Origin: Carcharhinus longimanus
Taxonomy: Eukaryota
Direction: 5' to 3'
NCBI GenBank assembly: GCA_030264375.1
Contig: JASCQW010000032.1
Span: 70,136,581 to 70,200,580, forward strand
DNA: 64,000 nt
Within the stretch, counting starts at the first letter, position 1. Every line of letters starts with the position of its first letter. Below, one piece after another: positions 35,000 through 47,190 of the stretch. The notes under the pieces were generated by a model. The model saw only the letters and a list, made by a program, of their open reading frames with translations, was not told the origin of the DNA and did no database searches. Position numbers and translations under genes: made by a program.

Positions 35000-35215
35000 A
35001 GTTGGTGTTGGATTTCTTCTTGAACTCCTGCAGTCCCTGTGGTGAAGATATTCTCATTTTGCTGTTGGGTAGGGAAGTCCAGATTGGGTATGGTAACAAT
35101 GAAGGAACGGCAATATGTACCAAATTGTGAAGGAATTGTGGAGTTAATGGTGCTTTCATTCAATTGCTGTTCTTGTGCTTTTAGTGACTGGAGATTGTAA
35201 GTTTAAGAGCTGCTA
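35000..35215 (-). mobile_element. Degenerate 3' fragment of the LINE family at 32675
   Basis: TTCTTGAACTCCTGCAGTCCCTGTGGTG...GAAGGAACGGCAATAT is antisense to 32950-33140. Confidence 0.6.
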
Positions 35216-35914
35216 TTGAACAAGTTTGCTTAAAAACCTGCATAATGTCACGAGCCTCTAATAATTCTTCTCTTAAACTTAGTGTTCAAGAGGACTTAGA
35301 ATCATTGAAAATCATAGAATCCCTACAGTACAGAAGGAGATCATTCAGCCGATCGAGTCTGCACCAATTTAATCAAATTATCTAAAATGTTTTCTCTTAA
35401 CTGTAGTTTCCATCAGTGGCAACTAATGACTGAATACACATTGTCACAAGTAATGATTATACCGAAACTTTTATATACAATAATGTCACTAAAACACCAG
35501 AACATGTCATCAGCCTTTGATTAAGTGGCTCATCTAAAGGAAGATATTTGCGAAAATGTAATATTCCTTCAGTGCTGCAGTGGTGAATCCAGTTGAATGA
35601 AATGCTCCCAGTGTGAAGCTTGAATCTACCAATTCTGCCAAGCTGACATTTGATTAATTCCCAATACCTCTCTTAGCCAGCTATTCATAGAATCATAGAA
35701 ACTCACAGCACACAAAGGACGCCATTTCACTTTTGTGCCTGTATTGTCACTTTGAAAGACCAACCATTCTTAGTCACACATCTGTATTCTTTTGTCTGTA
35801 AACTCTACATATGTTCCTCATACTCAAGCACATGCCCAATTATTTTCGAAATTATCTATAGTATCAGTTTCCATCACCCATCCAGGTTGACTGAACGAGA
35901 TCCTTCTGAAGTTG

Positions 35915-36335
35915 AAGTTTACTTATTAGTGTCACAAGTTGGTTTTCATTAATATTGCAATCAAGTTACTGTGAAAATCTCTAAGTCACCACACACTAGC
36001 ACTTGTTCAGGTACACTGAGGGAGAATTTAGCATGGAAAATGCACCTANNNNNNNNNNNNNNNNNNNNNNNNNNNNNNNNNNNNNNNNNNNNNNNNNNNN
36101 NNNNNNNNNNNNNNNNNNNNNNNNNNNNNNNNNNNNNNNNNNNNNNNNCTGAGGGAGATTTGAGCATGGAAAATGCACCTAACCAGCACATCTTTCAGAT
36201 TGCAGAAGGAAACTGGAACATCCAGAGGAAACAGACGCAGGGAGAATATGCAGATTACGCAGTGACCCAAGCCAGGAATTGAACCCTGGTCCCTGACACT
36301 GTGAGGCAGCAGTGCTAACCACTGTGCCACCATGC
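35915..36335 (-). mobile_element. V-SINE, tail type A (spans a gap)
   Basis: Antisense tail TTATTAGTGTCACAAGT...GTTACTGTGAAAATC and head AGTGCTAACCACTGTGCCACC. Confidence 0.9.
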
Positions 36336-36498
36336 TTCCAACTTTTCCATGTTCTATCTGTAATGCTTCTGCCCATTTAACCATGCGGTTCATGGCATCC
36401 TGAAGGGAATAACTATCCTTATAATTATCAACTACATGTTCAAATTTTGCACTATAATGTTGCTCCCTGCCCTGAGTCTAGGTTTTTATCAAATGTCA

Positions 36499-36818
36499 GG
36501 GCAGCACAGTGGTTGCCACTGTGTCTCACAGCACGAGGGACCCAGGTTCAATTCTGGCCTTGGGTGACTGGTTGTGTGGAGTTTTGCACCTTCTTCCTAT
36601 GTCTGCGTGGGTTTCCTCCAGGTGCTCTGGTTTCCTCCCACAGTCCAAAAATGTGCAGGTTAGGTTGATTAGCCATGCTAAATTGCCCCTTAGTGTCAGG
36701 GAGACTAGCAAAGTGAATATGTGGGATTACGAGGATAGGGCCTGAGTGGAATTGTTCTCCATCCAGGTTCAGTGGGCTGAATGGCGTTCTTTTGCACTTT
36801 AGGAATTCTATGATTCTC
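36499..36818 (+). mobile_element. V-SINE, tail type B
   Basis: Head GGGCAGCACAGTGGTT, core, and tail GGAATTCTATGATTCT. Confidence 0.9.
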
Positions 36819-37326
36819 TGACCACCCATTCCATTAAAAGCTTACACCCTCGAGAATTGCTACATTGGTGCATATATAGAACTACTAAATAAATTTGTGC
36901 GTTGTTTTGACATCACAACTGCTATTTCGTTTGCCTCAATTTGAAACAGATTAGTTAATTCATAACCAGAATTAACTAGTGTTCTTTAAAGTTTAATTTT
37001 AACTTTCCTCATTGTTAGATCTCATGGCTGTGATATACTGTCAGGACTATGATTGTTTGTCAGAAGTTAGGGCTGTCAACTCATTATAAGAAGTAATCTT
37101 CATTAATCTTTCCATCACCTGTTTTAATCATAGATCATCTTTGTTTTAATAACCAATTTGATATTAATGTCCAGGAATTGCAAATAATTTAGGTATCAGC
37201 TATACCATTTTCATTTTTGGCTTCCATATCGGTTGCATCGTTGGCTGTATTGGCAATATATTTACATTGTCTTTACTATCATTTACCATTCGCCAAATTT
37301 GGCTGTCAGAAGCATTTATAGTTAAA

Positions 37327-37448
37327 GGGTGGGATTTTACGGCCTCACTTGTCTCAAAACCATAAAATCCTACCCAAGGTCAACGGACTTTTCCATGAAC
37401 TGCCCTTCGCCTGTTCCGATTCCCAATGTGGGCAGGGCAGTAATTTTA
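37327..37448 (+). mobile_element. MITE copy (right end eroded)
   Basis: GGGTGGGATTTTACGGCCTC...AAAATCCTACCCAAGGTCAA...GGGCAGGGCAGTAATTTT. Confidence 0.68.
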
Positions 37449-38829
37449 TTCATACAGTTAGATTTCACAGCAAAATACAGAGCCAATCAAAATAAACACA
37501 ATCTCTTATTTGTAAACTAAAACAAAAGTAATGAGAAATAACTTTTTAAGTAATTGCTTGCCTTTGCTGATGCTAATTATTGCTGCTCAGCAAAATTCAT
37601 TATATTTGAGGCATGATACAACTGACGGTGAGTAAATTTGAAACTTTTCATGTAAGCTTGCGTATCCAGCTGTTGTTAAATCGAAGGTGTTCATTTTACC
37701 TCTCAGTCGGATAATAGGTAGAAAGATCTGTTGTAAAATCCAGTACAATATAAGCATATGTGTTCAATCAAGCTCTGAACACTGTCTCATTACATTAGAA
37801 CTGCCACTGTGAGGCCAGTTAATTCCTGAATCTGAGATTTACGGTCTGACTGCCCAAGGGCAATAATATTATAGTGCTAATAGAGAGTTAATCCCACCCC
37901 TCAAGGTCAGTCTGATAGTATCAGTACCTAAAAAGTTTATTGTGTCACTTTAATTGGAAACTCAAATGCAGATTTACACAGAAACCTTAGCTACAGGTCA
38001 TGAAGACATTTCCAAATTATGCAGGAAGTTTGCAATAACTTCAGCTGACTTATTACTAAGGTCCTTGCCCAGTTTTATTTCTTATGTATAAAAAACATCT
38101 ATTTTGGATTCTTGGTAATTGACAGGATGTGTTTGACCTGTTGACTTTTATTTCAGTTAAGTTTTCTCTCACCTCTCATAGAATGAATAATTACTGACAC
38201 CTTCGTTCTGTAATCAGGTATTGAATAGTTCTGGAGCATTTGAAAGCAACAATATTTTAAAATACTGCTATTTTGACTTGTATGTGGCAAAATCGTGAAG
38301 CTTTTCTGGAATATTATATTCTGTTTAGAGCAGTGAAAATGGAACTTCTGCAACGTCAATCCATTTTAATCAAACTTAATTCCCAAAATCACTTCTTCTA
38401 TTCCATAAAAGTAAAGTCAACAAAATTGTTTACAATTGTCCCGTTGGAGCCAACATAAAATAAAAGCAAGTTTTAAATCTTAGGATTTGGGACCATAAAC
38501 ATGCCATATAATAGTTGCAAAGGCAGACATTATTTTGCTGTACTACTGATTGATGTTAAGATTTATAATGTTCCATTTCTTAAAGTCTCCAACGATTTAT
38601 TGATGAACTGCAACTGTTATATTATTGTATCTATTTCATAAACAAGCTGGTTTAAGGCAAATTACCAGATCTTTTAAACAAAATTACATACTGAAGTTCA
38701 GAGAATTCTGCTGTCAAAATAGAACAGCCATATCTAACCTGATCCAGCTTCAGTGATTGGAAGGGCAGTGATGAGTTGAGTTAATGAAAAAGGCCAAACA
38801 AAACTCCACTTTTAATATTAAGAGATAAA

Positions 38830-40678
38830 TAGCTCTTATTCCGACCAAATTGGATGACCTGACGTTTACCAACATTATACTCTATCTGTCAGACCCTCAC
38901 CCGCTCACTTAGATTATTCACATCCCTTTGCAGACTTTCAGCGTCCTCTGCACACTTTGCTCTGCCACTCAGCTTAGTGTCATCTGCAAACTTTGCCACA
39001 CTACACTTGGCCTCCAACCCCAAATTATCTGTGTAAATCGTAAACAATTTCAGTCCCAACACTGATCCCTGAGACACACCACTAGTCACTGATCGCCAAC
39101 CAGAAAAACACCCATTTACCCCCACTCTTTGCCTTTTGTTAGTTAACCAATCCTCAATCCATGCTAATACATTACCCATAATACCATGCACCTTTATCTT
39201 ATGTAGTAGCCTTTGGTGTGGCACCTTGTCAAATGCCTTCTGGAAATCCAGATGCACCACATCCACAAGTTCCCCATTCTCCACTGCATATGTAATTTTC
39301 TCAAAGAATTCCACCAAATTAGTCAAATATCACCTGTCCTTCATGAACACATGCTACGTCTTACCAATGGGACAATTTCTCCAGATGTCTTGCTATTTCT
39401 TCCTTGATGAAAGATTCAAGCATTTTCCCTAATACAGAAGTTAAGCTGACCAGCTGATAGTTACCTCCCTCATAAATTTTTGGCATGTTATTTCACTGTG
39501 AAGACCAACACAAAATACCTGTTCAATACCTCAGCCATTTTCACATTTCCAGTTGTTACATCCTCCTTCACATTCTCTGAAGGACCAATGTTTACTTTTG
39601 CCACTCTTTTTCATTTTATATATATTTGTAGAAACTTTTGCTATCTGTTTTTATATTCTGAGCTACTTTACTCTCATAATCCATCTTACTTTATAGCTTT
39701 TTTATGGCTTTCTATTGCCCCTTAAAGATTTCCCAATCCTCTTTCCCACTAAATGCTGTCACTTTGTATGCATTTACTTTCAATTTGATACCCCACTTCA
39801 TTTCCTTAGATATCCATGGATGATTATCTCTTTTTCTACGTCCTTCCTTATCACTGGTATATACTTTTGCTGAGCACTGTGAAAGATTGCTTTGAAAGTC
39901 CTCCACTGATCCTCAATTATCCCACCATAAAGTTTTTGCTCCCAGTCAACCTTAGCCAACACCTCCCTCATCCCTTTGTAGTCTCCTTTGTTTAAGCACA
40001 AGACAATGGTATTAGATTTTACCTTCTCATGCTTCATCTGTATTTTAAATTCAACCATACTGTGATCGCTTCTTCTGAGAGGATCCCTAACTAAGATCAT
40101 TAATTATTCCTGTCTCGGATCTAGGATAGCTTGCTCCCTTGTCGGTTCCATTACATATTATTCAAGGAAACTATCGCAGGTACGTTCTATGAACTCCTCC
40201 TCAAGGCTGCTTTGACTGACCTAGTTTGACTAACTGATATGTAGATTCAAATCCCCCATGATAATTGCTGTACCATTTTTAAATACATCAGTTATTTCTT
40301 TGTTTATTTCTCGCCGCACCATCATGTCATTATTTGGTGGCCTATAGATGACGCCTATCAGTGACTTTTTCACCTTACTATTTCTAATTTCCACCCAAAT
40401 GGATTCAACCTTTTTTTCCATAGAACCTATAAGATCTCTCACTACTGCCCAGATGTCTTCCTTAAATATCAGAACTACACCACCTCCCTTACCTTCCTGT
40501 TGATTCCTCCGAACGTCTGGTACCCCTGGATATTTAACTCCCAGTTGTGACCATCCTGCAACCATGTCTCTGTAATGATTACCAAATCATACTCGTTCGC
40601 AATGATTTGTACTGTCAAGTCATTTACCTTGTTTCAAAAGCTACGAGCATTCTGATAAAGTGCCCTTATGCTAGGTTT
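38830..40678 (-). mobile_element. CR1 ORF2 (EN through RT) with internal deletion
   Basis: ORF 38889-39326 has [27 protein letters not shown] and KFADDTKL. ORF 40230-40565 has GGGV, IWVEIRN, GVIYRPP and IIMGDLN. A deletion at ~39470 is evident relative to the copy at 41912. Confidence 0.93.
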
Positions 40679-40684
40679 TGTGCC

Positions 40685-41071
40685 TTCTGGGATCCAAGGG
40701 GACATTGCTTTGTGGATCCAGAACTGGCTTGCCCGCAGAAGGCAGAGGGTGGTTGTAGATGGGTCTTTTTCTGCATGGAGGTCAGTCACCAGTGGAGTGC
40801 CTCAGGGATCTGTTCTGGGGCCCTTGCTGTTTGTGATTTTTATAAATGACCTGGATGAGGAAGTGGAGGTATGGTAAGTTTGCCGATGACACGAAGGTTG
40901 GAGGTGTTGTGGATAGTTCAGAGGGATGTCAGGATGCAAGACTGGGCGGAGAAGTGGCAGATGGACTTCAACCCGGATAAATGTGGTACATTTTGGCAGG
41001 TCAAATGGGATGAAGGAATTTAATATTAAGGGTAAGACTCTTAGCAGTGTGGTAAATCAGAAGGATTTTGG
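40685..41071 (+). mobile_element. CR1 RT fragment, opposite orientation and different subfamily, running into the gap
   Basis: [41 protein letters not shown] and KFADDTK. Confidence 0.9.
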
Positions 41072-41911
41072 NNNNNNNNNNNNNNNNNNNNNNNNNNNNN
41101 NNNNNNNNNNNNNNNNNNNNNNNNNNNNNNNNNNNNNNNNNNNNNNNNNNNNNNNNNNNNNNNNNNNNNNNNNNNNNNNNNNNNNNNNNNNNNNNNNNNN
41201 NNNNNNNNNNNNNNNNNNNNNNNNNNNNNNNNNNNNNNNNNNNNNNNNNNNNNNNNNNNNNNNNNNNNNNNNNNNNNNNNNNNNNNNNNNNNNNNNNNNN
41301 NNNNNNNNNNNNNNNNNNNNNNNNNNNNNNNNNNNNNNNNNNNNNNNNNNNNNNNNNNNNNNNNNNNNNNNNNNNNNNNNNNNNNNNNNNNNNNNNNNNN
41401 NNNNNNNNNNNNNNNNNNNNNNNNNNNNNNNNNNNNNNNNNNNNNNNNNNNNNNNNNNNNNNNNNNNNNNNNNNNNNNNNNNNNNNNNNNNNNNNNNNNN
41501 NNNNNNNNNNNNNNNNNNNNNNNNNNNNNNNNNNNNNNNNNNNNNNNNNNNNNNNNNNNNNNNNNNNNNNNNNNNNNNNNNNNNNNNNNNNNNNNNNNNN
41601 NNNNNNNNNNNNNNNNNNNNNNNNNNNNNNNNNNNNNNNNNNNNNNNNNNNNNNNNNNNNNNNNNNNNNNNNNNNNNNNNNNNNNNNNNNNNNNNNNNNN
41701 NNNNNNNNNNNNNNNNNNNNNNNNNNNNNNNNNNNNNNNNNNNNNNNNNNNNNNNNNNNNNNNNNNNNNNNNNNNNNNNNNNNNNNNNNNNNNNNNNNNN
41801 NNNNNNNNNNNNNNNNNNNNNNNNNNNNNNNNNNNNNNNNNNNNNNNNNNNNNNNNNNNNNNNNNNNNNNNNNNNNNNNNNNNNNNNNNNNNNNNNNNNN
41901 NNNNNNNNNNN

Positions 41912-43077
41912 NCGTCCTCTGCACACTTTGCTCTGCCACTCAGCTTAGTGTCATCTACAAATTTTGACACACTACGATTGGTACCCAACTCCAAATCATC
42001 TATTAATTGTAAACAATTGCAGTCCCAACACTGATCCCTGAGGCACACCACTAGTCACTGATCGCCAACCGGAAAAACACCCATTTACCCCCACTCTTTT
42101 GTTTTCTGTTAGTTAACCAATCCTCTACCCACACTAATACATTACCCATAACACCATGCACCTTTGTCTTATGTAGCAGTCTTTGGTGGCACCTTGTCAA
42201 ATGCCTTCTGGAAATCCAGATACACCACATCCACAGGTTCCCCATTGTCCACTGCATATGTAATGTTCTCAAAGAATTCCACTAAATTAGTCAAACATGT
42301 CCTGCCCTTCATGAACCGTGCGGCATCTTACCAATGGGATAATTTATATCCAGATGTCTTGCTATTTCTTCCTTGATGATAGATTCAAGCATTTTCCCTA
42401 ATACAGAAGTTAAGCTAACCAGCCTATAGTTACCTTTCTTCTGCTTATCTCCATTTTTAAACAGTGGCATCACATTTTCTGTTTTCCAATCTGTCGGGAC
42501 TCATCCCAGGGTCCAGCAAAATTCAGTAAATTACCACAAGTTCATTTGCTATTTCCCCCGCCATTTCTTTTAGTACCATGGGATGCATTCTATCAGGGTC
42601 AGAAGACTTGACTACCTTTAGCCCCATTAGCTTTCCCAACACTATTTCTTTAGTGATAAAGAGCATTACTAGGCCCTCACCTGCCATTGCCTTCTTGTGA
42701 TCAATTTTTGGCATGTTATTTGTGTTTTCCATTGTGAAGACCAACACAAAATATCTGCTTAATGCCTTGGCCATTTTCTTATTTTGAGTTATTAAATCCC
42801 CCTTCTCATCCTCTACAGGTCAAATGTTTACCTTATCCGCTCTTTTTCTGTATTTGTGGAAACTTTTGGTATCTGTTTTGTTTTATTCTGAGATAGTTTA
42901 CTTATCTTACTTTATAGCTTTATTCGTGGCTTCCTGTTGACCTTTAAAAACCTCTCGTTTTCCACTAGCCTTTGCCACTTTATATGCATTTTTTTTTCCA
43001 TTTGATACCTTCCCTTATTTCCTTTGATATCCATAGCTGATTATCTCTTTTTCTACAGTCCTTCCTTATCACTGGTA
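41912..43077 (-). mobile_element. CR1 ORF2 fragment (linker and RT)
   Basis: MAKALSRYFVLVFT..KSSDPDRMHPMVLKE and KFVDDTKL. Closely similar to 38942-39470. Confidence 0.92.
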
Positions 43078-43248
43078 TTTCAAGAAGGAATTTGATATAG
43101 CTCAGGGGGTTAAAAGGATCAAGGGATATGGGGGAGGGGGGGGAGGCAGAATCAGGCAACTGAATTTGATGATCAGCCATGATTATAATAAAGGGCAGAG
43201 CAAGCGCAAAAGGCCAAATAGCCTATTTTCTATCTTTGTTTCTATGTA
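43078..43248 (+). mobile_element. CR1 3' terminus abutting the inverted ORF2 segment
   Basis: FKKEFD remnant, GATGATCAGCCATGAT and GGCCAAATAGCCTA...TTTCTATG. Confidence 0.8.
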
Positions 43249-44585
43249 TGGTGATCAGTTTCTCAGTTTTTTTTAAAGTATTCAAAAGCTTATCAGAATG
43301 TTATTTTTAGTGTCTTTGCTCCAGAAGAGCCATTTTAGGGCCCCTTCAAAGACATACAAACAAGCACAATTCTTCTGAAATTCACAAGAATGATGAATTC
43401 ATCGTGGGAAACATGGCCAGTTCTATGAGTGGGAACTGTTTCTTGCACAATAAAACGTGTGGAAAAGATGGTAGAAACTTGAGTCACATTGAATGGAATT
43501 TACAGTTAAAATGATGTTATATTTTGTACTGTTCATACCAATTTTGGGCGAATTATACTAAGCAAATCAGCATAACCATAGAAAAATATCAGCTCACAAT
43601 GTTACATATTTAAAAACTGCACTTTGGAAATCAAGGATTTTNNNNNNNNNNNNNNNNNNNNNNNNNNNNNNNNNNNNNNNNNNNNNNNNNNNNNNNNNNN
43701 NNNNNNNNNNNNNNNNNNNNNNNNNNNNNNNNNNNNNNNNNAAGGATTTTTGCTTTTTTTTTGGTGAATACCTCAAACTCAACATACTTCGAAAACGTTT
43801 GCCAAAAAGTTCAAGTGCTTATTTTCCCTTCTCTTTTGATTGATTCTTTACCAGCCGTTGTGTAGGTGGCTTCATCTGCTGCATTCAGCATTTCTGTGGC
43901 ATTATTTTAATCTCCTTTTGCTGTTACTTCCCAGTTGAGCCTCCATTTCTCATCTTACTTCCACACTTGACACTTGAAGTAAAAGGGACAATTTATCAGT
44001 CCATCGCAATTTTACCATCCTCTCAAGCATCTCATATTTCAAAATCACTTGTACCTCAATTGCAAGAAAAATCTCTGTGTCTGAGTCACACAGCAATATA
44101 TAGGATTTAATTCACTATGAACAGATTAAATGTATTATACTCTGCTGTTGGTATCTGTAGCCCAGAAGGTTTCAAACATTTCTCTTCTGAAGTCCCCCTT
44201 CCGAGACTCATGCCCCATGTGCTCTCTCCTCATTCCAAGAGAAAGAGTATTTTTCTATAATTGATGTTAGCGTAGATATAGCCAGCAGCACAGAACACAC
44301 TTCAGACATTTTCTGTCTCGCTATTTTAATTCTGCTTCCATACACTTTTCGGTTTTGATATGAAGTCCAATCATATTATTAGAGCTCAGTGAAGTTGCTA
44401 ATACTGTCATAATGCCTGGGTAATTCCTCAAATTTGCCTTGCTGGCTTTATTTTATTCAGTTACACTTGATTACATGGGATTTCCACTGCACTTCTGGTG
44501 AAGTTAACACCAACGAAGTGTGAACTGTTCCGAGGAACTTCTTGGGCGTTGTGACTGTATAAGCAACTTCACTAAAAGGAAACAT

Positions 44586-44921
44586 GGGCAGCACAGTGGT
44601 TAGTATTGCTGCCTCATAGCGCCAGTGATTTGGTTTCGATTCTGGTCTAGGGTGACTGCCTGTGTGAAGTTTGAACCTTCTGTCCGTGTCTGCGTGGGGT
44701 TTCCTGCGGGTGCTGTGGTTTCCTCCCACGCTCCAAAGATGTGTGGGTCTGGCTGATTGGCCATGCTAAATTGACCTTTAGTGTTGGGGGGATTATCAAG
44801 GTAGATGCATGAATTGTCAGGGTAAATACATGGGGTTACGGGGATAGGGCCTGGGTGGGATTGTTGTCAGTGCAGGCTCGATATGGCCTTCTCCTGCACT
44901 GTAGGGATCCTATATTCTATG
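44586..44921 (+). mobile_element. V-SINE, tail type B
   Basis: Head GGGCAGCACAGTGGTTAGTATTGCTGCCTCA and tail CTGCACTGTAGGGATCCTATATTCTATG. Confidence 0.9.
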
Positions 44922-45565
44922 AAACCTTGCAAGCCTCCCTTCACTTTGTGTTGTTGTTACAAACCGGGAACAGGATGGATAATTCTGCAAGCAGAATTAG
45001 AATGGATTTGTGATCGCGTAGCCTGGGGATAGACAGCACAGAGAGTAATGATTCATTTCCAGCATTTCTGCTTTTATTTCAAATTCCCTGCATTTTGCTA
45101 ATTTGGGCTGGATTTTACAGATGTAAATCTAGTGGTCTGCCCTCTGCACCACCACCACCACCACCCCCCCACTCCACTCCCTATCCCCAAATCCCTCAGA
45201 TTACGTAAAGTACAGCATGATAATGTTGCGTCAGCAATCCAAAATCATCATGGCAATTTCCAAACGTTAGTGGATGCTGAGATCAGAAGCCCACCCACCA
45301 TTTTGAAATAAAAATGAGCAGGTTATTGAGCTTGTTTAAAAAGCAATTGACCTTAATCTGACGCTGCTGGCTCTATTTTTTGGTAGTCACATGGGAAAGA
45401 GCATTGGGAGTCATTTATATCAGTTTTGAGGAGTTGGCACTAGGGTGGATGAAAAGGCCTGCAGATGGGTCTATGGCTGCATGTAGCACCAGAACCTGCT
45501 GCTGAAGGTGGCAGAGTTTGGCTCAAAGGCTTTATTTCTTCCATTTCTTTAGGTTGACATTACAA

Positions 45566-45848
45566 ATAAGTTTATTTATTAGTGTCACAAGTAAGTTTAC
45601 GTTAACACTGCAATCAAGTTTCTGTGAAGATCCCTAGTCACCCCACACCTGTTTGAGTACACTGAGGGAGAATTTAACATTGTTAGTGCACCTACCCTGC
45701 ACACCTTCTGGACTGTGGGAGGAAACCGGAGCGCCCGGGGGAAACTCGCGCAGACAAGGGGAGAACATGCAGACTCCGCACAGACATTGACCCAAACTGG
45801 GAATCGAACCCGGGTCCCTGGCACAGTGAAGCAGCAGTATTTACCACT
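45566..45848 (-). mobile_element. V-SINE, tail type A
   Basis: Antisense tail TTTATTAGTGTCACAAGTAAG and B box GGAATCGAACCCGGG. Confidence 0.9.
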
Positions 45849-46121
45849 CAGAATAAGGAGAGAGTGAAAGAGAAGGGAGCCTAGAGACAAGGCTATCCTG
45901 GAAGCTGAGCACCTCACAGAGAAACCTGAGATGATTGTACCCATGGAGATTGAACACTCTGGAGCAGATTCCTCCAGTGAGGAGTAAATGAGGTGAAGGA
46001 GACAGAGGAATCCAGCTGTCCAAGGACAGGAGTATCCTGCAGCTAGGGGATGTGCTGCTGCATATGGGCCAGAACAAAACAAGCGACAACAAGTCCATGA
46101 TGACAGGAGCTTGAACTGTTA

Positions 46122-46535
46122 TGAACATAATATAAGGACATAAGAACATAAGAAATAGGAGCAGGAGTAGGCCATCTAGCCCCTCGAGCCTGCCCCGCCA
46201 TTCAATAANNNNNNNNNNNNNNNNNNNNNNNNNNNNNNNNNNNNNNNNNNNNNNNNNNNNNNNNNNNNNNNNNNNNNNNNNNNNNNNNNNNNNNNNNNNN
46301 NNNNNNNNATTCAATCCCCCTCGCTATGAAGGCCAGCATCCCATTTGCCTTCCTGATCACCTGCTGCACCTGTAGGCTGGGTTTTGCGACTCATGCACAA
46401 GGACCCCCAGGTCCCTCTGCAGCTTTTCACCCTTTAAATAGTAGTCCCTCCTACTATTATTCCTGCCAAAGTGGATAACCTCACCTTGCCAACATTGTAT
46501 TCCATCTGCCTCACACTTGCCAACATTGTATTCCA
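46122..46535 (-). mobile_element. CR1 3' portion (collapsed across a gap) inserted in the Harbinger transposase
   Basis: Antisense tail ACATAAGAACATAAGAAATAGGAGCAGGAGTAGGCCA, with a post-RT coding remnant after the gap. Confidence 0.82.
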
Positions 46536-47190
46536 TTATGCATTGTGGCCATTCCAGGAAACAGCCTTTGTGGAATATCTCAAGCTTCAGCTTACTATTG
46601 CATCAAGATCGTCACAGATGCAGCATTTGGGTGGGCAAGTGACTTTACCATCCAAGACATTAGTCAGGTCAAGTGTGTCTGAGGCTTCATGCGTGTTGTT
46701 GGAGTGGGCACATTTCAAGGTGTGATCAGTTGCACTCACATGACCATGGAAGCTTCATCGGGCCAACCAGGGGCATTTGTCAATCATCAAGGTTTTCATT
46801 CCATCAGTGTCTGACTTGTGTGTGACCACCATCAAAGGATTGTGCAGGTGTCACAATCCTGGGAATAGTCACAACTTTTACATTCTTAGGCACTCCTGGG
46901 TGTTGTGGACATTCTGTCTGTCAGAGCCATTGGAGGATTGGCTTCTTTGAGACAAGAGATAGTTACTTAGAAAAGTAACTATTGGAAGATCTGGAGACAA
47001 GTACTGAAAGGTAGTACAATGAGAGCCATGCATATATGAGGTTCATCATTTAGCAGACTATTGGGCTTCTTAAAATTAGATTTCAATGCTTGGACCTTGC
47101 AGGTGGTTCTCTGCAGTACCTCCAGTTCATGTCTCACTAATCACTCTGGTCTGTGGCACCATGCTCAAGTTGGCACTCCAGCGAGGAAAG
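46534..47190 (+). pseudogene. Harbinger (HARBI1-like, DDE_Tnp_4) transposase pseudogene
   Basis: Hand translation with frameshifts: LCGISQASAYYCIKIVTDA; QGVISCTH; FVNHQGFHSISV*LVCD; PGNSHNFYIL; WLL*DKR*; YNESHAYMRFII*QTIGLLKIRFQCLDLAGGSLQY. These are the Harbinger motifs in the correct order. Confidence 0.9.

Noticed and set aside
40926-42051. Long ORFs of 289-340 aa in the track
   Set aside because: They consist almost entirely of X residues from the N-gap, and the flanks are CR1 RT fragments.
38942-42430. Segmental or haplotype duplication between 38942-39470 and 41912-42430
   Set aside because: The copies differ by many substitutions and by different deletions, and the similarity is confined to CR1. 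Two insertions of one subfamily is the simpler explanation.
45597-46082. 161-aa minus-strand ORF
   Set aside because: A chance read-through of SINE sequence and antisense Harbinger sequence.
46534-47190. Domesticated HARBI1 gene
   Set aside because: Multiple stops and frameshifts, mutated catalytic residues, and retroposon insertions.
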